Source: an uncultured delta proteobacterium (GTDB taxonomy: Bacteria; Myxococcota_A; Polyangia; Polyangiales; Polyangiaceae). Taken from it: a stretch of 64,000 nucleotides of DNA. The notes below the pieces were generated by a model that saw nothing but the letters and a program-made list of their open reading frames with translations, was not told where the DNA came from and ran no database searches. Below are positions 24,216-34,951 of this stretch, in pieces (position 1 is the stretch's first letter; the number at the start of each line of letters is the position of its first letter). The position numbers and the translations under genes were made by a program. The stretch spans positions 1,408,001-1,472,000 of the forward strand of contig CAWAIF010000003.1 of the NCBI GenBank assembly GCA_963782055.1. Direction: 5' to 3'.

Positions 24216-24660
24216 ATGGTCGCGGCGTCGAGCGCGTCGAGCATCCATCGCTGGAGGCTCCCGAGCGGGGAGCGACTGCCCGCGCTCGGTGCCGTCGGCC
24301 AGGCCGCGGGGCTCGCCATCAGTCCGGACGGCCAGTGGCTGGTCGCGACCATCGACTCGAAGGTGCACCGATGGAGGTTGTCGGACGGCGCACCACGACG
24401 TCGGTCCCGAGCTGTCGGACCTCTGCTTCTCCCCGGACGGCAAGCGGGACGCTTGCCCGCGAGAGTCGCCACCGGCTGGCTCGGACGGCGTTCCGCTCTG
24501 TCGCCGTCAGCGATCGCTGGGTGGCCGGGGCGAGCACCGACGAGCCCGGGCCCGTCACGCTCTTCGCCCTCGGGACCAAGCGGGTCGTCTCCTTGCCCAA
24601 GCCGCGGGCCGCGGGCGTGACGGCGCTCGCCTTCACGTGTGGAACATCCGGCGTACGCCG
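24216..24660 (+). pseudogene. Degenerate WD40/beta-propeller gene remnant
   Basis: Blade-like motifs in three frames: GLAISPDGQWLVAT..SKVHRWRL; SDLCFSPDGKR; SVAVSDRWVAGAS..PVTLF..VTALAF. Confidence 0.55.
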
Positions 24661-24729
24661 CGAGCGCCGCGGGTACGCGATCACGGTGCTCGCTCGCGCT
24701 CACGGGCGAGCGAGGGTAGCCTGGTCGGC

Positions 24730-25782
24730 ATGAGCGCTGTCCTCGGCACGGGACGCACGCTGGCCGTGCTCGCACTGCTCCCGCTGGCGGCCGCGTGCGC
24801 CGCGCCGGCCGTCGCGCCCGCGGCGGCGCCCGCCAACCCGCCACCGCGCGAGGCGCCGCCTCCGGCCATGGCGATGTGCACCGCCGCGCCGTCGGCCCCC
24901 GCGACCGCCGGCGCCAGCAGCAGCCCGCCGCCCGCCACCTCGTCCTCCGCGCCGGCGCCGGCCCCCACGCCGGTGCCGCCCGCGCTCGCCGCCGACCTGG
25001 ACGCCGCGGCGAAGGCCATCGCCGCCAGGCAGTGGGCCTCCGCCGACAAGCACATCGCCGCGGCCTCGGCGGAGGCGAAGGACGACGCGCACCTGGGCTA
25101 CCTCGTCGCCCGGACGCGCGCGACGCGCGCCGCGTACGCGGGCGACTTCGAGCACGCCGCCGCCGCCTTCGTCGCGGTCATCCCCGCGCTGGCGAAGCAC
25201 CCCGAGCTGCGCGACGAGTTCTGGTCGCACAACGCGATGATGATGATCCGCGAGGCGCAGGGCGATCCCGCCGCCGCCCTCGCCGAGAATGATCAGGCGA
25301 CGCTCTGCGCCGCGCGCGGCACCTGGGATCCCGGCGAGCGCGAGAAGCTCGCCTTCCAGAAGGACCGCTGGCACCGCGCGTACCTCACGCGCATGCTGGC
25401 GGAGTCGCGCACCGGCTCGGTGAAGAAGGCGCTCGTGCAGTACGCGCAGGCCGCACTGGACGACTACCGCACGCGCGGCTTCCCGGAGTCGGTCGCGGTG
25501 CTGGAGGCCTACTTCGCCGCGCTGGACGGCAAGGGCCCCGCGGCGCTCGCCGCGGCGAAGCGCGTCGACCCCGCGAAGGACGACGACGTGGAGGACCTGT
25601 ACCTGGTCGTGGTGGGGCTGGAGGCGGGCGGCGATCACGCCGGGGCGGAGGCGGTCCGGCGGGTGATGCGCCGGCCCGGACCGGCGCACCTGTCGCGCGC
25701 CATCATGCTGCGCTGGCTGGACATCGACGCGAAGGGCCCGCACGCCAAGGGCTTCACGCCCCTCCACGCGACGGCGCGGTGA
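24730..25782 (+). CDS. Helical (TPR-like) lipoprotein
   Basis: LAAAC lipobox, Pro/Ala linker, Ala-rich helical domain. Confidence 0.75.
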   Translation: MSAVLGTGRTLAVLALLPLAAACAAPAVAPAAAPANPPPREAPPPAMAMCTAAPSAPATAGASSSPPPATSSSAPAPAPTPVPPALAADLDAAAKAIAARQWASADKHIAAASAEAKDDAHLGYLVARTRATRAAYAGDFEHAAAAFVAVIPALAKHPELRDEFWSHNAMMMIREAQGDPAAALAENDQATLCAARGTWDPGEREKLAFQKDRWHRAYLTRMLAESRTGSVKKALVQYAQAALDDYRTRGFPESVAVLEAYFAALDGKGPAALAAAKRVDPAKDDDVEDLYLVVVGLEAGGDHAGAEAVRRVMRRPGPAHLSRAIMLRWLDIDAKGPHAKGFTPLHATAR

Positions 25783-25794
25783 GGCCGCCCGTCG

Positions 25795-27940
25795 CTACGC
25801 GAGGCGGGCGAAGTCGGCGATGCGCAGCATGCACGTGGCGCCGTACGAGAGCAGACACAGCCGGAGCGGCGTCTGCGGATCGTCCGGATCGTTGACCAGG
25901 GTGCTCTCGAAGATGGCGTCCACCTGCTCGGCGACCTTCCCCATCGCGAAGAGCGCCGCGCGCACGCCGTGCTCGTCGACCAGCGACGCGGTCTTGGCGT
26001 CCAGCTCCTCCACCACGTCGACGATGGCGCCGTCGGTCGGCCTGGTGAAGGCGCTCCGCGGGGCGCGCTCGGGCGAGGCCTCCTTGCTGATGCCGCTCAG
26101 GCGCTTGGCGACGGTGCGCGCCTTCTCCAGCCAGGGCGTCTTCTCGTCGATGACCGCCTGCAGGGCCCGGGCCTTCGCCAGCGCGTAGGCGGGGTGCTCG
26201 ACGGCGAAGGCGCGCTCGCCGTCGACCCACGCGTAGCCGGCGAGCACCGCGTCCGCCGCCGCGCGGCTGGACTGCGTCTCCAGCAAGCCGCGCATGCGCT
26301 CTGTCGCGAACTCCTCCAGCTTCGCCGCGGTGTCGCCCGCGCCAAGATCCAGCTTCGTCCCGGCGAAGAGGCCGTGCGCGAACCGGACCAGATCGCCGAA
26401 GCCGAGGCGGCCGTACGCCGGGGGCGCGCCCTCCAGCAGCGTGCGCAGCAGCCCGATGCACGCGCGGCGCAGGGCGAAGGGGTCGGCCGCGCCCGTCGGC
26501 GCGAGGCCGACGGCGAAGCACCCGGTCAGCGTATCCAGCCTGTCGGCGAGGGCCACCACGCGCGCGACGTCGTCGCTCGCCACCGCGCCGTCGGCGCCCA
26601 CGGGGCAGTAGTGATCGCGCAGGGCGTCCGCGACGCGCGGGGGCTCGCCCTCCAGCAGCGCGTAGGTGCGGCCCATCGTGCCCTGCAGCTCGGGGAACTC
26701 GCCCACCATCAGGGAGACCAGAATCGCACTTGCAGAGGCGCGCCGCCCGCGCGGCGAGGTCGACGTCGGCTGCGGGCAAGCCCAGCTTCGTGCCGATGTG
26801 CTTCGCCAGCTTCTCGAGGCGCGTCACCTTGTCCTTCACCGTGCCGAGGCGGTGGTGGAAGACGATGCCGCCGAGCTTCTCCATCCGCTGCTCGAGGGGG
26901 ACCTTCTTGTCCTCCTCGAAGAAGAACTGGGCGTCCGCCAGCCGCGCCTTCATCACGCGGTCGTTGCCCTTGCGCACGTTGGCCGGCTCCCTGGCGGTGT
27001 TCACCACCGCGAGGTAGTGCGGCAAGAGCGGTGCCTCCGGGCCGAGCGCGGTCTGCACGACGAAGTACTTCTGGTGGCCGCGCGCGACCGCGCGGATCAC
27101 CGCCGGCGGCAGGTCGAGGTACTCCTTGTCGAAGGAGCCGATGACGACGTGCGGCTCCTCCACGAGCGACGCGTTCTCGCTCACCAGGTACGGGTCCGGG
27201 TCCTGGACGCCGCCCGCGTCGCGCGCGGCCACGGCCACCCGCTCCATCATGGTGCGCTCGCGCTCCGCCCTGTCGACCAGGACGTGCGCCGCGCGGAGCT
27301 GCTCGACGTAGGAGTCGGTGGTGGCGACGTCGAAGAAGGCCGGGGCGAGGAAGCGGTGCCCGCGCGAGCGGCGGCCGCTGCGCACCCCGGCGAAGGAGAA
27401 GTCCACGACGTCGTTGCCGGCAAGCGCCACCAGCCACTGCACCGGCCGCCCGAAGGGCGTGTCCAGGTCCGACCAACGCATCGACTTGCGGAAGGGGATC
27501 GCGGCGCACACCTCCGCCAGGAGCGGTCCGATCAGCTCGCGCGTGGGCTTGCCCTTCTCCACGCGCCGCCCCGCCACGTAGCGCCCCGCCTTCTTGTTGC
27601 CGGATGCCGGCACGTCCTTCACCACCAGATCGCCGACCGCCACCCCCAGCTTGGCGGCGAACGCCTCCGCCGCGCGGGTGGGCTTGCCGTCCTTGAAGGC
27701 GGCAGTCTCCGGCGGGCCGACCACCTCCTCGTCCAGATCCGCCTGCGCGCTGGCGATGCCCTTCACCATCACCGCGAGGCGTCGCGGGGTGCCCAGCGCG
27801 CGCACCTCGTCGTGCGTCACCCGCGCCGCCTGCAGCCGCGTGCGGAAGAGGTCGGGTAGCGCCTGGAGCGCGGCGTCGACGTAGGAAGACGGCAGCTCCT
27901 CGCAGCCGATCTCCAGGAGGAGGGGAAAGGTCGGGATCAC
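25795..27940 (-). CDS. glyS: Glycine--tRNA ligase beta subunit, split by a 1-nt insertion near 26722
   Basis: LLLEIGCEELP, GTPRRLAV, KSMRW, RPVQW, HQKYF, ARLADAQFFF, then in another frame MVGEFPELQG and ADPFALRR. Removing one T from GATTCTG restores LCKCDLVSLMVGEFPELQG. Confidence 0.93.
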
Positions 27941-28052
27941 GCGATGAGAGCTTTAGGTGAAATGCGCCGCGCCGTCGAGCCGAAGGCGAGGCCGGGAGGC
28001 CGCCGGCCGCGGGAGGTGTTGCGCGTGGCGGCTGGGGGCTTATAAAGCCCCC

Positions 28053-28265
28053 GTGGCGCGCAGGCGTGTCTTTCCCAAGAAGTGCCGCTGCGGCTACGGG
28101 CTGGAGCACCCGCTCGTGGCACCGCGGCTGCACTTCTCCCCCATCGGCTGGGTCTTCCTGTGCCTCGGGGCCACGCCGTACCCGATCCGCGTGGACTACC
28201 TGTGCTGCCGCTGCAACGTGATGCTCGGGTCCACGCGGGAGCGGAAGGTCATGCGGACGTTCTGA
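28053..28265 (+). CDS. Small Cys-rich (zinc-ribbon-like) protein
   Basis: GTG start; KKCRCG...YLCCRCN with a central hydrophobic stretch; divergent from glyS. Confidence 0.6.
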   Translation: MARRRVFPKKCRCGYGLEHPLVAPRLHFSPIGWVFLCLGATPYPIRVDYLCCRCNVMLGSTRERKVMRTF

Positions 28266-28344
28266 CCTCACCCTCCCACCCCCTCTCCCTACGAGGGAGA
28301 GGGGGGACAAGAGAGAGGACGCCACAAGGCGCTCGCTTCGCTCG
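28266..28344. repeat. REP-like palindromic element
   Basis: Perfect 12-bp stem CCCCCTCTCCCT-acg-AGGGAGAGGGGG (28279-28305), followed by CGCTCGCTTCGCTCG (28330-28344). Confidence 0.7.
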
Positions 28345-28385
28345 GTCGGGCGGGGAGGATGTCTGCGGCGTGCTACCACTGTGCG

Positions 28386-28841
28386 GTGACCTACCGCGAG
28401 CCGGACCAGGAGAGCCTCGCCGAGCTGGAGCAGGAACGGCGCGCGCGGGAGCAGGCGCGCGAGCGGTCGCGCGCCGCCGACGCCGCGGCCATCCGGGCGA
28501 TGAAGAGCCCCTTCCACGGCCTCGGGCGTCACGTGCCCCGCGGGATCACGCGCGTGGCGGTGTACGCGTCGCTCACCGGCGTGGTGTTCCCGCTGGTCGT
28601 GGCGACGCTCGCCGTGCTGGTGCGCCCGCCGGACGAGGTCTCCCCGGCCGCGGTGTGGGCGGTGCTCCTCGTCGGCTGTGGGGCGGGGCTCGTCGGCGTC
28701 GCCTGCGGCGTCGCGGCGCTCCTCTCGCCGTCGAGCGCGCGCCTCGCCGGCGTCGCCGCCGTGCTGACCGGGCTCTTCGCGCTGCCGTGCTCCCTCGGCT
28801 GCGCGGTCCTCGTGGCGCTGACGACGTCGGGGATGCGGTAG
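28386..28841 (+). CDS. Three-TM membrane protein, paralog copy A
   Basis: Starts MTYREPDQE; colinear with 30994-31449. Confidence 0.8.
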   Translation: MTYREPDQESLAELEQERRAREQARERSRAADAAAIRAMKSPFHGLGRHVPRGITRVAVYASLTGVVFPLVVATLAVLVRPPDEVSPAAVWAVLLVGCGAGLVGVACGVAALLSPSSARLAGVAAVLTGLFALPCSLGCAVLVALTTSGMR

Positions 28842-28855
28842 GGAGCCTCGCCGGG

Positions 28856-29167
28856 ATGCCTGCGCTCGACGTGGTGCTTCGCTCGGTCTGCCTGCTCGCG
28901 CTCGTCGCGGCGTGTGCCGCCCCATCGGCGACCGCGCCGCGCGCCGCCGGCGACGGCGATGCCGCCAGGGCGGCTTCCTCACCGGGCCAGCGCTGGCAGT
29001 GCGGCGGCGGTGGCCGGTGCACGCTGGTCGGCGATCCGGACCCACAGCAGTGCGGCGACGTGCGTTGCGCCGACGATCAAACGTGTTGCAACGCGAGCTG
29101 CAGCACCTGCGTGCCGCATGGTCACGTGTGCTTCTCCGGCGAGTGTCTGCGCGGCGTGCTGAAGTGA
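28856..29167 (+). CDS. Small Cys-rich lipoprotein
   Basis: LVAAC lipobox; QCGDVRCADDQTCCNASCSTC...C...C. Confidence 0.7.
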   Translation: MPALDVVLRSVCLLALVAACAAPSATAPRAAGDGDAARAASSPGQRWQCGGGGRCTLVGDPDPQQCGDVRCADDQTCCNASCSTCVPHGHVCFSGECLRGVLK

Positions 29168-29207
29168 GAACCGCGCGGCCCTCGCTCAAGATGACGGGGA
29201 GTGTTCT

Positions 29208-30007
29208 TTGCGTGTAGCGATCGCCCTCTCGCCGTTCCTGCTGGCCGTCGCTTGCGGCGGGCACGCCTCGCTGGCGCCGGCCGTCGTTGCCGCGCCGCCG
29301 CCGCCCCCGAGAGCGGCCCGGAGGCGACCCCGGAGGTCGCCAAACCGTACGTCGACCCGTGCGCGACGGGATCGGTGGATGAGGTCATCGCGTGCCTCGC
29401 GCGCGACTGCCCGACGAAGGTCTACGCGGCGACGCCGCCCGACCTGTCGAAGCCGGGCTGTTCGCTCATCGTGTGCGACGAGCCTGCGCGGTGCGCGGAC
29501 AACGACCTGTTCACGGACGGGTCCGGCAGCGTGTGGTTGTACCGCGCGCACGGCGACTCCCTTCGGCTGGCGCAGCTCCTCACCGACCTCGGCCTGTCGG
29601 CGAAGAACTACGATGACGCGTCGTTCGCGATCCGGTCGGCGACGAGTCGAACCGTCGCCGGGCAACACGTCCTCTGGCTCGAGTGGACCAGCTCCGACTC
29701 CCAGTGTGCCTCGGGTACGGACGGCTGCGACGCCGACGAGACGACCTCGGTGACGGTGTGCACGCAGGAGACGCCCGTCCCCAGCTGCCCACTCACGCTC
29801 GTCGAGCGCTACAGCCGCACCTTCACGCCGATGGCCCCGAACGTGCAGGCCTGGAAGGGCAGCGTCACGCACGCCGTCGAGATCGCCGGTGACGGCGTCG
29901 ACGTGAAGCTGGTGAAGGACGAGTGGCCGAAGCCGGACCCCGAAGAGGCGTCGTCCCCCCCGGCGAGCGATGAAATCGGCCAGCACCCGCTCCGCGGCGA
30001 CCGCTGA
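29208..30007 (+). CDS. Cys-containing lipoprotein, frameshifted at a C5 run (29304-29308)
   Basis: Signal/lipobox LLAVAC in the 29208 frame; mature domain in the 29201 frame; adding one C joins them. Confidence 0.65.
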
Positions 30008-30234
30008 CGCGAGGGGTCGTCCGGCGCGCGATCACGGCGCTCCGGCGAACGTGAGCGTCTTCCACGCGATGTGCAGCGCGGCCGGTGTCGGTCGCACCTT
30101 GTTCACCATCTGCAAGGTGAAGGGCATCGCCTCACCGATGCGGGCCAGGTCGATGACGTCGAGCTGCGGGAGCTGCCCGCGCTGTCTGATCGCTACGGCA
30201 TCGATATGTCGCAGCTGGCACGCGACGTGAGCGC

Positions 30235-30729
30235 TCAATCGTCCCGGAGCGGCAGCGGCTCGACGGCAAACAAGTGCCTGGAGAAGGCGTAGACCCGCAA
30301 GCGCTGGCGTTGCCCGACCCAGTGCTCGAGGAGCTTCAAGCGAAGCGCGATGATGGCGCCGGAGGCCGGTCCTCGCGTGTACGTAACCGCGTCGGCCCAG
30401 TAGAAGTGCCGCTCGCCAAGCTCGAGCCTCAGGCTCGGGCCGCTGGAGGTCACCCCCTCACAGCCGGAGGCCACTCCTTCGCACGATTCGAAGCGACCTT
30501 CCGCGATCGCCTTCTTGGGAGCGATCCGCGAATGCACCAGGCCGAACAGGTCTGGAGTCCCGGCGAGGAGCCGAGCCTTCTGGGGCTGGGAGAGCCGGCC
30601 CTCGCGGTTCTCGGCCAGGTCGTCCAGCGTCCAGCCCTGGAGCCCGACGATCTCGGCGAGCGTCAGCTCGGAGATCGCGACTCCCTCACTCGGCAACCTG
30701 GCGAAAGACTCCGAAGCACCGCTGGACAT
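30235..30729 (-). CDS. Hypothetical protein with atypical codon usage
   Basis: Open frame with natural composition (WTLDDLAENREGRLSQPQKARL); visibly more A/T than the flanks. Confidence 0.55.
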   Translation of the reverse strand: MSSGASESFARLPSEGVAISELTLAEIVGLQGWTLDDLAENREGRLSQPQKARLLAGTPDLFGLVHSRIAPKKAIAEGRFESCEGVASGCEGVTSSGPSLRLELGERHFYWADAVTYTRGPASGAIIALRLKLLEHWVGQRQRLRVYAFSRHLFAVEPLPLRDD

Positions 30730-30993
30730 CGGATGAGTCTAGCTCGGACGCGAGCGGGTGAGCAAAGAGCTGTCCGCCTGCTCCAACCAGCGCGCGACCG
30801 CGGGCAATCGCCTCGTCCAGCGTGAAGGCAACGGCGAGACGCGCGGTGTCGTCGAGCAGCTCGAGGAAGTCGCCCGTGGGCCGCGGCGCGCACCCGCCGT
30901 TCCGTCAGCGCCTCTCTCATCGGCCCCACGGCCCGCTCCACGACCTTCTCCAGGCGGAGCTCCGACCCCCGGGCCGCGTGCTACGACTGCGCG

Positions 30994-31449
30994 GTGACGT
31001 ACCGCGAGCCGGACCAGGAACGCCTCGCGGAGGCGGAGGAGAAGCAGCGCGCGTCGGAGCAGGCGCGGGAGCGGGAGCCCATCGCCGACGCCGCGGCCGT
31101 GCGGGCCATGAAGAGCCCGGTCCATGGTCTCGGGCGCCACGTGCCGCGCGGGATCACGCGCGTGGCGGCGTATGCGTCGCTGACCGGCGTGGTGTTCCCG
31201 CTGCTCGTGGCCCTGCTCTCGATGGTGGTGCACCTGCCTCGCGAGATCGCCGAGGTCACGGTCTGGGTCGTGGTCATCGTCGGCTGCGCGGCCGGCCTGG
31301 TCGGCTTCGGCTGCGGCGTCGCGGCGCTCCTGTCCCCCTCGAGCGCCCGCCTCGCGGGGGTGGCCGCCGTGCAGGCGGGGCTCCTCGCGCTGCCGTGGTC
31401 CTTCGGCTGCGCAGTCCTGGTGGCGGTGGTGACGTCGGGGATGTGGTAG
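30994..31449 (+). CDS. Three-TM membrane protein, paralog copy B
   Basis: 151 aa, ungapped against copy A; about 39 differences by manual count. Confidence 0.8.
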   Translation: MTYREPDQERLAEAEEKQRASEQAREREPIADAAAVRAMKSPVHGLGRHVPRGITRVAAYASLTGVVFPLLVALLSMVVHLPREIAEVTVWVVVIVGCAAGLVGFGCGVAALLSPSSARLAGVAAVQAGLLALPWSFGCAVLVAVVTSGMW

Positions 31450-31696
31450 GCGGCCTGTTCGCGGAGGGCGCGGTGCGAGCGTCGGGTCGGGGTGTGGTGC
31501 CGGAGGAGAGGGGAGCGAGGACGTGCACCGCACGAGGGACGTGGCCGGCGCCGGTGCGGACCGCCGAAGCAGCGCTGGAAATCCTCGAGCAGTTCCCGAC
31601 CGTGGCATCCTTCGCCCCCGGCGTGACCGCCACCGCCGCCTTCACCCCACCAGAGGGCCTCGTCGCACCCGAGTTTCGGATGCCCGCGGACGCCGC

Positions 31697-31984
31697 ATGA
31701 CGGTCCCCGCACAGCCCCTGATGGCGATCCACCCCGAGGGGATGCTCACGGTCACCGTCCAGATGGACAACGGCCCGCTGAGGTTCAACGTCGTGTCTTG
31801 CCGATACCTCCCTGCGACGGTGCAGTCCCCGCAGGCCACCCACAGGGTGGTGGCGATCGAGGTGCTGCACGATCCCGCGAACCCCACCCCCCTCGTGCCC
31901 TACTACTGCAACCCCGCCTCGCTCACGCGGCTCGTCGTGCCTGCCGGCGCGCTCCTGGAGGTCCGGCCCTACGTGTCTGCTTAG
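31697..31984 (+). CDS. Small hypothetical protein
   Basis: ATG at 31697; beta-rich natural composition. Confidence 0.55.
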   Translation: MTVPAQPLMAIHPEGMLTVTVQMDNGPLRFNVVSCRYLPATVQSPQATHRVVAIEVLHDPANPTPLVPYYCNPASLTRLVVPAGALLEVRPYVSA

Positions 31985-32331
31985 CGGCGTCCCACACTGT
32001 GGGTCCATTCTTCCCTCCTGATGCGAGAAGTTCTTTCCATGCGGCCTGATCGCGTGCATCACGGATCACGTGACGTCCGAGCAGCGGATCAGCGAGCTGG
32101 AGCAGGAGAATGCGGCGCTGCGGAGGCGCGACGCAAGACTAAGTGACGCGTTTGTGCGTCCTTTGTGCGCGACGCTCCACGCGATTCTGGTGCATGGTTC
32201 GGATTGGGCGATGCGGGCCGCGGGCAGACGCGGGACGCGCCGCATCAGGCCGGGAGACGCGGGTGGTGCTTGGGAGGTCGGGTACGCCAACCTCGTGGGA
32301 ATCGTCCGTCCATGGTCCAAGGAGGCAGAGC

Positions 32332-34527
32332 ATGTTCGGAACCTTTCCTTCGTCACGTGCAGCGGTTCTCGTCATGCTGGCCGGCCTGCTGGCCGTCGGC
32401 TCCTCCGCGGCGCTCTCCGCTTGCTCGTCGGCGCCGTCGGAGTCGGTCGGCACCGCGAAGCAGCCGGACACCATCGTGACCACGAAGAAGTCGGTCGCCT
32501 TCGGGAGCGAGACGACCGTCGCGTGGATCCCCGCGATCGTGGGCGGCGCGGGTCCCTTCGTGCTCGTCGGCTACAACGACGGCACCGGCGCCTTCGGCCA
32601 GATGGCGTGGGCAGTGTCGACGGACAACGGCCTCACGTTCCCGACGACCGGCGTGGAGACGTCCAACGCCGTGGGCGTCAGCAACTTCTTCAGCATCACC
32701 GACGGCGGCACCACACCGCCTCTCAATGATGGCTCCCCCTACCTGAAGACGGCGAGCGATCCTGCCGTCGTGGCCACCGGGTGGCCGGGCGTCGCCGCCT
32801 ACTTCACGCTCGCCAACAGCACAACCTCTACCAAGCCGGTGGACGTCGTGATGATCACCTCCGTCGACGGCGGCACCACGTGGGGGCCGGCGAACGGCGG
32901 CGACTTCAAGCGCATCTCCGATCTCAGCTCGTCGGGTGCCGCCGTGACGAGCGGATTCGTCGATGAGCCGGTTGCCTACTACGAGGGCGGGCAGACCCAC
33001 GTCATCTGGACGAACTGGAACAACGTCAACACGCCCTCCAACTATGGAGGACCGCGCAACTGGGTCGCGAAGGTACACATCACCAGCGCCGGGCAGATCG
33101 ATAGCGTCTCGACCCCGCAGGAGGCCCGAATCGACTGCGGTCTGAGCTGCGTGAAGTTCACCCAGGCGAACCTGGCGAGCTACTGCAGCACGCCGAGCGT
33201 TGACGGGTGCGTGGGTGGCACCGAGACGCTCCTGATGGGGTTCCCGCGCGTGAACAACGGCACGAGCCGGTGCTCCTACCAGGAGACGTCCCTCATCTGC
33301 AACCAGCAGGTCCTCCCGTGCACCAGCACGCTGGAGGTGGAGTACCACATCGCCACCTCCGTGGACGGCGGGCAGACGTGGACGCAGGGCGTGGGCAACT
33401 CGGACGGGTCGATCAACGTCATCGGGGACTCCGCCTGGCCCAACTGCATCGTGCCCACCGGAGTCCACCTTCCCACGCAGGACGCCGGCGCGAACTGGGG
33501 AGGCAACAACCGCGGCAAGATGGCGCTCGCCCATGACGATGCCCTGGGTGTCTGGCACATCCTCGTCAACAACGGCACGCGCAACGGCGCCGACGGCGGC
33601 GACAGCGGGCAGCGGATCCTGCACATCTGGGACTCCAGCGACGACCTCAGCGGGATCACCGGCTCCTTCTCCACGCACAACGAGGAGACCTGCCCGGTGA
33701 CGATGACGCCGGGCAGCTCCTACATGCAGTACTGCTCGAGCATCGACCACACCGCGGAGTGCTTCCTTTAACCAGTGGGGGCCGGAGCTCGCCGTCACGC
33801 TGCTCGCCGACGGCGGGAGCCAGGTGGCGGCGGCGTGGCACGACAGCCGCCTCGGCGACGCCGGTGATGGGACAGAGGCGTTCTTCGGGAGCGCCGCCCT
33901 CAACGGTCAGGGCTCGTCCTGGCCGAGCAACGGCTCGTGCCGCCTGCTCTCGCAGGGATACAGCCCGGCAGCGCTGCTCACCAACGGCGATTTCGAGACC
34001 GGGGGCTTCTCCCCGTGGAGCACCTCCGGGCCCGCAGTGTCCATCAGCACCTCCACTGTGCACGCCGGGACGTACGGCGCGATGCTCGGCTCGACGTCTC
34101 CGACCAACGGCGAGAGCACCATCACCCAGGCCGTGACCATCCCGACCTACAGCAACGCGGTCGGCCCGGCGGGCGCAGCGCTCGGCCTGTACTACTGGGA
34201 GACCTGCCCAGATACGTGCGGCACCAACTGCGACTTCTTCCGCGTGGAGATCCGCGACTCGTCCAACAACGTCCTCTCGACGCCCTTGCCCAAGCAGTGC
34301 ACGAGCACCGGCGGCTGGGCGCACCTCACCGCGGATCTCACCACGTACGCCGGGCAGACCGTCGTGGTGGCGATCACCAACAAGGACGACAACTGGTGGA
34401 GCGTCGACGACGGGTGTGGAACGTTCCACGGCTGGATCCCAAGGATGCCGGCGCGGACGCCAGCGTGGATGCGGGCGAGTACGCCGGCGCGGACGCCGCG
34501 GCCACGCTGGACGCGTCCTCCGATTAG
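32332..34527 (+). CDS. Large exported BNR/Asp-box (sialidase-like propeller) protein with C-terminal jelly-roll domain; frameshifted near 33767 and disrupted near 34400
   Basis: LSAC lipobox; Asp-boxes STDNGLTF, SVDGGTTW, SVDGGQTW. Deleting 1 nt in TTCCTTTAAC continues FNQWGPELAV...AAAWHDSR, then LLTNGDFETG...W. Confidence 0.7.
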
Positions 34528-34544
34528 AACCGCGGCGCGATGCG

Positions 34545-34904
34545 CTAACCGACCACCTTGCTCGGGCGGTGCCTCGCCAGCTCGAGCACGTAGCGCGGCC
34601 GTCCGTCGGCGTCGCGGATCGCGAACACCTTCCCGAACGGCTTGTCCGTGAGCTCCATGGCGACCTCCGCCGTCGTGGAGAGCTCCTTCCATGCCGCCGG
34701 CGCGTCGTCGACGAGCCAGTACAGCTCCGGCTCGTCCGCGCCGCCGAGCGGTTCGTCGCTCGCGATGGCGAAATGCTCGAACTGGACGAACACCGGCGCC
34801 TCGCGCTGGATGACGAGGCCGAGAACGTCCACGTAGAAGCGCTTTGCCTTCTCGATGTCCTTCACGTACTCGATCGCGAATCCGAACCTGGGCTCGTTTG
34901 CCAT
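34545..34904 (-). CDS. VOC/glyoxalase-family protein
   Basis: YVKDIEKAKRFYVDVLGL, LYWLVDD, PFGKVFAIRDADG; RBS AGGAG. Confidence 0.9.
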   Translation of the reverse strand: MANEPRFGFAIEYVKDIEKAKRFYVDVLGLVIQREAPVFVQFEHFAIASDEPLGGADEPELYWLVDDAPAAWKELSTTAEVAMELTDKPFGKVFAIRDADGRPRYVLELARHRPSKVVG

Positions 34905-34951
34905 GGGGACTCTCCTGCTGTCGGGTGATCCGCAAGAGCAGTACCCCACGC

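Noticed and set aside
26700..26740. Programmed frameshift in glyS
   Set aside because: No slippery sequence at the site; an indel is simpler.
30008..30238. Short overlapping ORFs on both strands
   Set aside because: No RBS, motif or consistent codon bias to choose a real frame.
32070..32146. EQRISELEQENAALRRR resembling an IS transposase coiled coil
   Set aside because: Too short; no catalytic domain, terminal repeats or target duplication seen.
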